A DNA stretch of 64,000 bases from Eledone cirrhosa. Lineage: Eukaryota. Location: the NCBI GenBank assembly GCA_964016885.1, contig OZ024758.1, forward strand, positions 7,812,001-7,876,000, given 5' to 3'. The first letter of the stretch is position 1. Each line of letters opens with the position of its first letter. A model generated the notes under the pieces. It was given only the letters and a program-made list of their open reading frames with translations. It ran no database searches and had not been told where the DNA came from. Shown piece by piece: positions 27,414-37,734 of the stretch. A program made the translations under genes and the position numbers.

Positions 27414-28394
27414 TGGGCGTTTTTTTGTCGTGACACCTACATGACTACTTTACAGTGTGGACTGGGCACTTTTTGTCGTGACACCTACACGACTACTTTA
27501 CAGTGTGGACTGGGCGCTTTTTGTCGTGACACCTACACGACTACTTTACAGTGTGGACTGGGCGCTTTTTGTCGTGACACCTACACGACTACTTTACAGT
27601 GTGGACTGGGCGTTTTTTGTCGTGACACCTACACGACTACTTTACAGTGTGGACTGGGCGCTTTTTGTCGTGACACCTACATGACTACTTTACAGTGTGG
27701 ACTGGGCGCTTTTTGTCGTGACACCTACACGACTACTTTACAGTGTGGACTGGGCGTTTTTTGTCGTGACACCTACACGACTACTTTACAGTGTGGACTG
27801 GGCGCTTTTTGTCGTGACACCTACACGACTACTTTACAGTGTGGACTGGGCGCTTTTTGTCGTGACACCTACATGACTACTTTACAGTGTGGACTGGGCG
27901 CTTTTTGTCGTGACACCTACATGACTACTTTACAGTGTGGACTGGGCGCTTTTTGTCGTGACACCTACATGACTACTTTACAGTGTGGACTGGGCAGTTT
28001 TTGTCGTGACACCTACACGACTACTTTACAGTGTGGACTGGGTGCTTTTTGTCATGACACCTACATGACCACATGGCCACTTTACAGTGTGGACTGGGTG
28101 CTTTTTGTTGTGACACTTACATGACCACTTTATAGTGTGGACTGAGCGCTTTTTGTCATGACACCTACATGACCACTTTACAGAGTAGACTGGGTGCTTT
28201 TTGTCATGACACCTACATGACCACATGGCCACTTTACAGTGTGGACTGGGTGCTTTTTGTTGTGACACTTACATGACCACTTTATAGTGTGGACTGAGCG
28301 CTTTTTGTCATGACACCTACATGACCACTTTACAGAGTAGACTGGGCGGTTTTTGTTGTGACACCTACCTGACCACTTTACAGTGTGGACTGGG
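27414..28394. repeat. 48-bp minisatellite, about 20 units, derived from a SINE internal segment
   Basis: Unit ctttacagtgtggactgggcgctttttgtcgtgacacctacacgacta; gives the 16-aa periodic ORF 27441-28124. Confidence 0.95.
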
Positions 28395-29949
28395 GGAACT
28401 GTGAAGAGATTGAGGTGGTACTACAGTACTAAACACATTATAGAACTTTCTGTTATGATATTGAACATTGCAGAAATATTTGCTGACTACATCTCTTTTA
28501 AAGAATTATATTTACTTTGACTTCTAACAATTGGTTCATATAGCCTGCTGTGATTTAATGTTTCTAATTCTTAGACTTAGATGCTTGTTACCAAACTGCT
28601 TCTCTCTATCACCTCTATTAGATTACTACTGCTCTTTTATTGATGTAATAGCCTTATTTCACAATTTCACTGAAGGTATTGAGGACACAATGTTGCTCTT
28701 TTTCTCATAACTGGTGTTATATTAAATTATATTGGCTTGCATAAACATTCGGTTAAAATTTTCTTATCTAAAATTGCTTGTAGGAAACAATCTGTAATAT
28801 AAATCATTTCTTAGAGCAAGTTATATGATAGATGGAAAGCTCATTGCAATATAATTGGTATTCAGTTCTGTTTGTAACAAAGTTATCATACTTCTGTCTT
28901 GTCATTTTTTTTTTTTAAACAGTAAATTTGTGCTACAATATATTGTTCTTCGTGATACAGCTGGTTTTGATTTGGTGTGACTTTGAGAAAGCAGAATGTT
29001 CATAGTAGCTTTTGTCATTTCTTTTATCTCTTAGGCATTCAACAAAACAGTTTTATTTGATTCCACGAATCCCATCAGTGAATATTCTTTAAAATAAACA
29101 ACATTGTGTTTTAACTTATCTCTTCTTGATAAAACAACAACAACATCAATAACAACAAAACTAGTTATTCTGTTGGTAACATAAATATTTTTATATTGGA
29201 TTTGTTATCTAAATGAAGTGGAATTATTATTTTTGTGAAAAGCTGGAATGCAACTTACAACTTGAAAATATTCCCTATATGTTCAAAGAAAATCTCCCAG
29301 GCTTCTAATTAAGTTGATTATTTGTGTTTATCCAACCAGTGTATTTTTCTCTTGAAAACATTAATAATAATTCTAATGAGGAAGTTAACAACAATAACAG
29401 CACAACACTCATTTTGTTTTGCTCATTCTTCTAGTTATTTCAATGAGAATGATATATGAATGACTTTGATATCTTGCTTTTCACTCTGCCAAATTAATTG
29501 TTTCTTATTGATTATATTTGCAGTGATGCTTGTTATTCAGAATATAGCCATATCTGTTTGGATTCCATCTATATAATTACATTTCAATAGTTATTTATGC
29601 ATGATTTTAACAAAATTTTGACAGGAATGGATACTAATTTTATTTTCTATTATAGAATGCTCTTATAGAAATTCTGTGCTGGTAACTTTGATCAAAATAG
29701 TCTAGAAAACTAAAGCGAATTTGCTTACTCTTCTATGACTGACTGTTCCTTGAGTGAGCTTAAAAGGTTTTTGTCAGCAAATACAGTTAGTTCTGTTGTT
29801 AATGAAACTCTGAAACAATATTTTAGATTTCTAGGAAACTGAATGTAGGAAAATTGTTAGTGGCTTTTATTAATATTGTAAGTAAAGTTTGGCTGAGATA
29901 ATATATAAATTAAGGTGGACTAAATTTCCATTATAATTAATTCTGTAAT

Positions 29950-30182
29950 AAAGTTCGTTATCGAAGGAAAGACAGCCACCAAGAGCCTTGATTCTTTTTG
30001 GTTGGAAGAAGAGAGAAAGTTATCGTTACAAATTCTTCAGGCATTCCTGATGATTTCATATGAATGAAACAGTTCTAGTCCTGTAGGAGTTGTTTCTATA
30101 TATAATAATGATGCCTATACTCTACCAACATATTGAGTCCTGTTTTTAACTGTGGTTACTCCCCAACACCACTTGGAAACCT
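29950..30182 (+). mobile_element. P2 family copy (putative Penelope-like terminal repeat)
   Basis: Homologous to the copies at 19374, 31341 and 33144; contains a hammerhead core; ends at a TA run. The 5' boundary is uncertain. Confidence 0.6.
30043..30089 (+). ncRNA. Putative type I hammerhead ribozyme (P2 family)
   Basis: attc-CTGATGA(30047-53)-t-ttca-ta-tgaa-t-GAAA(30066-69)-cag-ttctagtc-ctg-TA|ggag. Stem III acag/ctgt, GUA triplet, predicted cut after 30085. Short stem I and an atypical U-U pair at the base of stem II. Confidence 0.6.
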
Positions 30183-30457
30183 ATATATATAAGCTGAAGC
30201 ATATAGGCAATATGCCCCCATCCCCTCCCACTGCAAAGTGGTCGTAGAGGTGTCATGACAAAAAAGCACCCAGACCACACTGTAAATGAGGTTGGTGTTA
30301 GGAAGTGCATCCAGCTGTAGAAATCAAGCCAAAATCAGTTCCCGTATGAGCAAGACAAGGTCAGCTGACCTAACATTGCCCACAACAGGACAACCCGTCT
30401 AACCCATGCTGGCGTGGAAGAATCAACATAAAACGGTGATGATGATGATGATATATT

Positions 30458-30488
<31 letters not shown>

Positions 30489-30559
30489 CAAAATTAGTTT
30501 ATAACAGAAGCACTCTACAGAATTCTTCTGGAGTATAATATCAAAAGTATTAATAAATG

Positions 30560-30751
30560 GAAACTATCTTTATAAAATCATATTTATTTTATTATATATA
30601 TTTCAAGGGTACCAATTCAAACAGAACTTAAAACGATAAGTTCTTGTTTTGGATATGACACTATCTGTAAAACAACTTTTATATTTTATCTGATGAGAGC
30701 GTAGTAGACAAACGAACTGGACAGATCGGTGACCACCAGGCATATGTGCAT

Positions 30752-30755
<4 letters not shown>
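30560..30755 (-). mobile_element. P5 sister copy with a micro-inverted hammerhead 5' half
   Basis: Minus strand GAAA-tatata-TA-ataaaata (30604-30585); plus strand tattttat-CTGATGA-gagcgta (30682-30703); 54-bp match to 31021-31074. Confidence 0.65.
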
Positions 30756-30782
<27 letters not shown>

Positions 30783-31020
30783 AAATGGGGAGAAGAATAC
30801 TGCAGGTTGCACATGGATAACATGTTATAAAATGAGTCCCTCATCAGTGATTTGCCAACGATCATAGATATTTCATTGCATTAAAAATCATATACCTCAC
30901 GTTGGTGCAATAATAACTAAATTAAGTTATTAGGACAATTAAAACGCGTAAAGCGAGTGAGACAAGTAAACAACAAAGAGGAAAGCTAACCGTAGATAGG
31001 AAGGGCACAAGCTACATATA

Positions 31021-31220
31021 TATAATGCACATATGCCTGGTGGTCACCGATCTGTCCAGTTTGTTTGTCTACTAGCATATCAGGAAAAAAAATTATAGAT
31101 TTTCTATATATTTTGTCTGAGGAGGACATGTTTTGCTTTATGTTAAACATAAAACTTTACATCTTTGAAATATATATAATAAAATAAATAGAGATTATAT
31201 AAAGTATATATCTTTTGTTA
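31021..31220 (+). mobile_element. P5 family copy (putative Penelope-like terminal repeat)
   Basis: Homologous to 46225-46500 and 50495-50760; starts in a TA run. Confidence 0.65.
31109..31186 (+). ncRNA. Putative type I hammerhead ribozyme (P5 family)
   Basis: tattttgt-CTGAGGA(31117-23)-ggacatgt..tttatgtt-a-aacataaa..acatcttt-GAAA(31167-70)-tatata-TA|ataaaata. 8-bp stem I, long stem II, palindromic minimal stem III, predicted cut after 31178. Confidence 0.7.
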
Positions 31221-31340
31221 TTACTATTATTATTATATATATATATATATGCTGGCCTTGTGCCAATAGTAGAAACAATTATTATATATATATATATATA
31301 TATGTACACACACACACATATACATACATATATATATATA

Positions 31341-31490
31341 TTACAAGACTAGAACTGTTTCATTTAGTTCTGCTCCTGTAGAAGTCATTTCTATATATAA
31401 TAAAGATGCCTATACTCTACCGATGTATTGAGTACCTTTTGTTAACAGTGGTTACTCACTCCCCTGACATGACTCGGGTATCTGCATATT
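31341..31490 (+). mobile_element. P2 family copy with short inverted 5' arm
   Basis: tacaagactagaactgtttca is the reverse complement of the GAAA/stem III region, joined to the sense 3' part; lies in (TA)n. Confidence 0.6.
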
Positions 31491-31664
31491 ATATATGTAT
31501 ACATATTCTGAAATAATTGTTTCTTCTTTAGGCACAAGGCCAGCAATTTGAAAGGGGTGGGCTGATTAAATCAACTCCAGTACATTACTGGTACTTTATT
31601 TTATCGACCTCCGTAAGGATGAAAGGTAAAATTAACCTTCGTGGGATTGTTGACGGCATCTTTT

Positions 31665-31849
31665 TTAACCCTTTAGCATTTAAACTGGCCACTCATACTG
31701 ATGTTATGGTATTGTTCTCAAAATAAAAAAATGTCAAAATCCTGTAGATTCGATATTATCTGAAATAATTATGTAAGATAAAGCCTTTACCACAAAAATA
31801 TAATAGTATTAATAGTATATAGGGAGTAATGTAAATGCTAAAGGGTTAA
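31665..31849. mobile_element. piggyBac-like MITE
   Basis: TTAA plus perfect 14-bp TIR CCCTTTAGCATTTA. Confidence 0.85.
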
Positions 31850-32913
31850 AGATTTATCTGCATATCTGCTTCATGAATCAACCAGTATATTCTCTAATCA
31901 GCCTTGGGTTACCAATCTCTAAACTACACATTTTCTTTACAATTACATCATAGAAGTCTGATTTTAGCCATTTAAGAACAAAAAGAGAGGGAAAAATGTC
32001 CTGTGTTATCTTTCTATTTCTTAATAGTTCTACTAATTGGCAAGCAATTAAAAGTAATTAGTGTAAGTTGTCAAATGTGGAACATGTCTGACATTTATTT
32101 TGGCTATTTTAAAATATAAATCTTTATTTTAACTCAGTGAACTTATCCACTATATCACAGCCTTATAACCTCAAGATAGGGATATCATCATCATTTGTCA
32201 TCATCATCGTTTAATGTCCATTATCTCACAGTAACATGAGTTAGACGAGTTGTCCTGATGTGAGACAAGTCAAATCAGATGACTGTGTCTCACTCATACA
32301 GACCTGTTTCTGGCTTGGTTTCTACAGCTGGATACTCTTGCTAATGCCAACCACATAATGTGGACTGGGCACTTTTGACCGTGGCACCAAAACAACCACT
32401 TTACAGTGTAGACTGTGTGCTTTTTATCATGTCACCAAAACAACCACTTTACAGTGTGGACATGTAAGATATATTTATCATATAGATTAAGTAAAATCAA
32501 ATATTAAGGCTTATGAAGAAATTATGTTATCACTATTTATAAAAAGTCATTAAAATTGATTGGCAGATTGAAATACAGAGCTCTTAAAATTTAGCTTCTG
32601 AGCAAATTTCGTTTAGTGTCTCATATTAATATAACTTCATGTATAATTCAAGTTGTACATTGTGTACAAGAAAACATTGCTTTTTTTTTAATAATTCCAT
32701 GTTTTTATATAAACTAAAAAAACTTCATTAAAATTTACAGCAGACCATTGCAAAATGAGTCAATTTCAACCTTTCACTTCAGCTATTTATGTTGCATTAT
32801 CTTACCCATGTGTATCCAGTTTAGAATAGTTACATTGGATCCTTATGTGTCATAAGCAGCTACCAAAAAGGCTTGGCACCAAGAATGGACATTAATATTA
32901 CATATATATATAT

Positions 32914-33129
32914 ATAGGAACAAGTAAGACCCCGATGGCTGAGCTCAAGCCGTTTCGACGGCTAATTCTGTCAGAATTCGACGGCTAAGTCTATCAGAAT
33001 TAGCCGTCGAAACGGCTTGAGCTCAGCCGTCGGGGTCTTATTTGTTCCTATTACCCACTCTACTACCCTAAGTATTGAGTACTTTGGTGCGTTATGGTCC
33101 ACCTGGTTCCTTACCACATTTCCTTCGTT
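32914..33129 (+). mobile_element. P1 fold-back element with hammerhead 3' half
   Basis: Inverted repeat 32914-33051; GAAA(33009-12)-cggct-tgagctc-agccg-TC-ggggtc; unique tail; (TA)n flanks. Confidence 0.7.
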
Positions 33130-33143
33130 ATATATGTATATAA

Positions 33144-33295
33144 GACTAGAACTGTTTCATTTATATGAAACAGTTCTAGTCCTGTAGAAGTCATTTCTAC
33201 ATATAATATAGATGTCTATACTCTACCAATGTATTGAGTACATATTTTAACTGTGGTGACCCTCTCCCCTGACATAACTCGGGTATCTACATATT
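33144..33295 (+). mobile_element. P2 fold-back copy
   Basis: 17-bp perfect arms 33144-33160 / 33165-33181 around ttat, immediately 5' of GAAA; (TA)n flanks. Confidence 0.7.
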
Positions 33296-34037
33296 ATATA
33301 TGTACCTACATATTATTATATCCCAAAAGGACCCAATGATCAATATAAAGCCACGTTTGAGATATCTACCTTAGCTTTAGACTTAACATGCCTATTGTTT
33401 ATACAACTTATACAATTCCTATTAATAGGGGATTACATAGAAACAAAGAGCATAGGATAAACTTTAACATTATGCATAATTTTTACACATATTGCTTGAG
33501 ATTTTCTTTTAAAATTGTTGAAACAAATAAAACTATAAAACCTGTATCAGTTTGTGGACAAGTTAATAGTTATCTAAACATCGTTTATCATAGTTTTATT
33601 TAATAACTTTGTTAATTTATGTTCTAAACACCAGATTAATAATGAGAAAATTATTTATATTATTAAATTCCTCTCATTTCCTGAATATATTCCAAATGAT
33701 ATGAAAACTATAAACTGTGTTAGAAATATAGGAACGGAAGTGTTGCTATTTGTAACCTTTCCAAGCAATGTGCTTCTCATACTTACAAATTAAACTTCAA
33801 AATAATCTCAAACTATAGCAATATCTGTTCCAACACATTTTTCAGATAAAAAAATCTTGCAAAACAAATATAAAAACAAAATATAAAATCTCTTATTTTT
33901 GTCATTTGGAAACAAAACAGTCATTGCAATTGTGACGTTGAGGGCAACTTTGTTATAAAACTTTACTTAGGGAAAATTTGAAAATATTCCTTAAATATTT
34001 GTTAATTAATGAAACTATATGGTTTTATAGAATAACA

Positions 34038-34251
34038 TTAACCCTTTAACATTCAAACCGGCCTTATCTGGCCAGAATTCTCTCAAACCGGTTATAACTG
34101 GCCACTCATACCAACGTTAAAGTATTCTTCTTAAATAAATAATATCAAAATCTCATAAATTTGATATTATGTGAGATAATTATGTAAGATAAAGCCTTTC
34201 CTGTGAAAATACAATAGTATATATAGAATAATGCAAATGCTAAAGGGTTAA
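34038..34251. mobile_element. piggyBac-like MITE
   Basis: TTAA-CCCTTTAACATT ... AATGCTAAAGGG-TTAA. Confidence 0.8.
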
Positions 34252-34491
34252 ATGTATTTCTAAATATATTATCCCTGACTGGGAAATCATCTACTGCTCC
34301 AAGCTATGTCCAGAATTGTTTCAGTGATAGGTATGTATTTTGTAGAAAGATATTGTTATTGGTTTTTCACACTTGAAATATATTGACAGTATAATGATAT
34401 TGTTTTAGACTCAGTTAACCACGGCATTGCACTAAATGTTATGTAGTTTGGGGGAGGTTAGACATTAGTAATTTGCATGGTTTTCACATAG

Positions 34492-34792
34492 AATATATAT
34501 ACATGTGTGTGTATGTATGTGTGTGTACGTATATATGTGTATATGTATATATATATATATGTATGCGTATATATACACACACACACACACATGTGTGTGT
34601 ATATATATATATATACACACATACAAATATATGTATATATATATATACACACACATACAAATATATGTATATATATACACAGACACATACATATATGTGT
34701 GTATATATACACACACACACATGTGTGTGTATATATATATATATATATACACACATACAAATATATGTATATATATATACACACACACGTGT

Positions 34793-34825
<33 letters not shown>

Positions 34826-34898
34826 TACAAATATTTGTATATATATACACACACACATACATATATATGTGTGTATATACACATACATATATACACAC

Positions 34899-34975
<77 letters not shown>
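34492..34975. repeat. Compound (TA)/(CA)/(TG) microsatellite ending in poly-T
   Basis: Direct inspection; recurring acacacatacaaatat subunit. Confidence 0.95.
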
Positions 34976-34977
<2 letters not shown>

Positions 34978-35269
34978 GAATGACATTGGTTGTTGAGAGT
35001 TAAGGGAGGACATCCGTTTAATAACCGCTTGTGATGAAAAACAACTACAAATTTTGACAACCTTCCACTTGTATATTGTATATATTTTTTTAAATTACCC
35101 CACAGAAGGTTACTGCAGTACAAACATCCTGGTCCCTTATAATAAATCAAATATACATTTCACTATTTATGTTAACAGCAGGAAAACTGTTCAATTGTCA
35201 TGTTTCTAAAGTATATTTATTGGCACATTCATTTGAATAGGTTCCTTCTAATCATCATCATCATCATCT

Positions 35270-35830
35270 GCTTCTTCTGCTGCTGCTTCTTCTTCTTCTT
35301 CTTTTTCTTCTTCTTCTTCTTCTTCTCCTTCTTTTCCTTCTTCTTTTCCTTCTTCTTCTTTTCCTTCTTCTTCTTCGTCTTCTTCTTCTTCTTCTTCTTT
35401 TCCTTCTCCTTCTTTTCCTTCTTCTTTTACTTCTTTTCCTTCTTCTTTTCCTTCTTTTCCTTCTTCTTTTCCTTCTTCTTCTTCTTTTCCTTCTTTTCCT
35501 TCTTCTTCTTCTTCTTTTTCTTCTTCTTTTCCTTCTTCTTCTTTTCCTTCTTTTCCTTCTTCTTCTCCTTCTTCTTTTCCTTCTTTTCCTTCTTCTTTTC
35601 CTTCTTTTCCTTCTTCTTCTCCTTCTTCTTTTCCTTCTTTTCCTTCTTCTTTTCCTTCTTCTTCTTCCTGGCTTAGGGTCCTAAGGGTCCCCAAACCCTC
35701 CTTCCAGCGGGCCCTGTCAGAAGCGACCATCCCCAACTGATCCAGCTGGATCCCCAAGAGAGAGACCAGCTAAACTCATGGATGTTATCCAACCATCTTG
35801 TTCAGGGTCAACCCTTGGCCTCTCCCACTC
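35270..35830 (-). mobile_element. RTE (Rex3-like) 3' fragment (35660-35830) with a ~400-bp expanded GAA/GGAAAA tail
   Basis: LGIQLDQLGMVASDRARWKEGLGTLRTLSQE runs directly into the purine repeat. Confidence 0.75.
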
Positions 35831-36636
35831 ACTGGAATATGTTCCTTCAAATCAAATCCCTTCCCCTGGCTGTGTTGCAGATTACGTGTTATTTTGGGGT
35901 CTTCAAGTATGGAATTTGTAGAAATTTGTAGAAAAAAAAATATATATTTTACTTGACGACCCAATAGCTGTATTATTACACACATTTTAGAGTGTTATGA
36001 ATATATATTTTAAGAAAAGCATTCATATTTCTCTTATAATAGACATTGCTGGGGTGGGGAATCAGGTGAAAGAAGTCAAAATTAATAATATTGGCACTCA
36101 TTTGACTCTTCTATATATAAGGACATCCAATGTTTAGAACAGTTGCTCCTCCCCCATCCCCTATTTATTACCATTTATCCTGTTTATATTACCAAAGATT
36201 CCAGCTACAAAAGGTGGGAATGGTTATATATTTCTATGATATAATTTACACAGCGTGAATTACTGTCCTTGAAATAAACTTAATTTAGTTCTTTGAATTG
36301 TTATATTAAATCATTTCCTCGTCTAAATCTATTAACTTTAATCTAAAACACCAGGCAAAAGATCAAAGAATATATAATCTTTGTATCACACACTCACCCC
36401 CACAATCATATATTATTTGCACTGTGTGCACCCCAATTCAAATGACAATAATAATAGTTAATTACTATAGATGATAATTGAAGAAATCAGGTAAAGTACC
36501 CCTGGAGGCAGAAAAAAGTGGATAAGTGTACCATACCTGATTTTCTCAAGTGATCAACTATTATTATGGTCATTTACTTTGATGGACACACATTTCAAAT
36601 TTTCCCAATGTTTCTTAAGTCAACTGTTGTTTATAA

Positions 36637-36910
36637 GTTCTTCTTCTTCTTCTTCTTCTTCTTCTTCTTCTTCCCCATCTTCTTCTTCTTCTTCTTCTTC
36701 TTCTTCTTGGGAAGGTTGTGGGAGCAGAGTCCTCAAGTATGCTTTCCAATGGGTCCTGTCAGAAGCAATTGTCTCCAATTGATCTGACTAGATCCTCAAA
36801 CAAGACCAGCCAAGCTCAGGGATGTTATCCAACTATTTTGCTTATGGTCTACACCTGGGTCCCCTACCAGTTGATTTTTTTCCTGTAATTCTTTCTTGAG
36901 ACATTCTAAC
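36637..36910 (-). mobile_element. RTE (Rex3-like) 3' fragment with (GAA)n tail
   Basis: Homology to 7848-8063; (CTT)n on the plus strand at 36637-36708. Confidence 0.7.
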
Positions 36911-37107
36911 TACATGTTCGTTGTACTGGAACTGTGATCTCTCAATTTGGAGAAGCAGTGACTCTCTGTTCACTGAGCTACACACACTATCGAGTAATGT
37001 TACTCCAAAGAAGGAAATCCCCGCTTCAGCTGATTGTATTTATGATCGTATTGTTTTGCTCATTACCCAAGATTCATGACAATAGGTAAATGTTAGCACT
37101 TTACCTA

Positions 37108-37350
37108 TTGACGTGACACCAACACCATCATTTTACAGTGTGGGCTGGGCTCTTTTTGTTGTGACACAAACACAATCATTTTACAGTGTGGGCTGGGCTC
37201 TTTTTGTTGTGACACAAACACAATCATTTTACAGTGTGGGCTGGGCTCTTTTTGTTGTGACACAAACACAATCATTTTACAGTGTGGGCTGGGCTCTTTT
37301 TGTTGTGACACCAATACAATCATTTAACAGTGTGGACTGGGTGCCTTTTG
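37108..37350. repeat. 48-bp minisatellite, about 5 units
   Basis: Unit ttttacagtgtgggctgggctctttttgttgtgacacaaacacaatca, a variant of the 27414 unit. Confidence 0.9.
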
Positions 37351-37734
37351 TATGTATATAAAAAATTAAGTAATAATGTAGATGATGTTGGGGGTGGAGT
37401 AGGGTGTGTATGAAATAGAACTAGGCTTAGTATAACATTTTTATTTTCAATGTATATGATTATTTTCATGTGAGTGTGTGTGTACAACCTAGGGAGCAGT
37501 TGTCTGAAATGAAAAGAAGAGTAAAAAAAACTTCATTTAACATAAAACCATGTAACTGAAGTGGGATTTCAGATTGATGTATTCTTGTTGTCATTTTGTC
37601 AGATATATTTATTCCAGTGGTCATGTCATATAGTTTTTGTTTACATGGTAAACAAAATCACTGATCAATTAATCATATCAATAATTTGAAATACAGTAAA
37701 CAATGTATGGATCAAATAATGTGTTTGTGTAGTC

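Noticed and set aside
27414-28394. CRISPR-like array or 227-aa repeat protein (ORF 27441-28124)
   Set aside because: Head-to-tail 48-bp units with no unique spacers and no cas genes. The ORF stays open only because the unit is 16 codons without a stop, and the unit derives from a SINE.
30780-31013. Hammerhead on the minus strand (CTGATGA at 30847-30841)
   Set aside because: No GAAA or matching stem I could be placed downstream; kept only as an unclassified TA-embedded insert.
34458-35150. Long YI/HT/CV-rich ORFs here and at 12.9, 22.1 and 61.3 kb
   Set aside because: Translations of TA/CA/TG microsatellites.
35248-35757. Glu/Lys/Gly-rich 169-aa ORF
   Set aside because: Read-through of an RTE relic into its expanded GAA tail.
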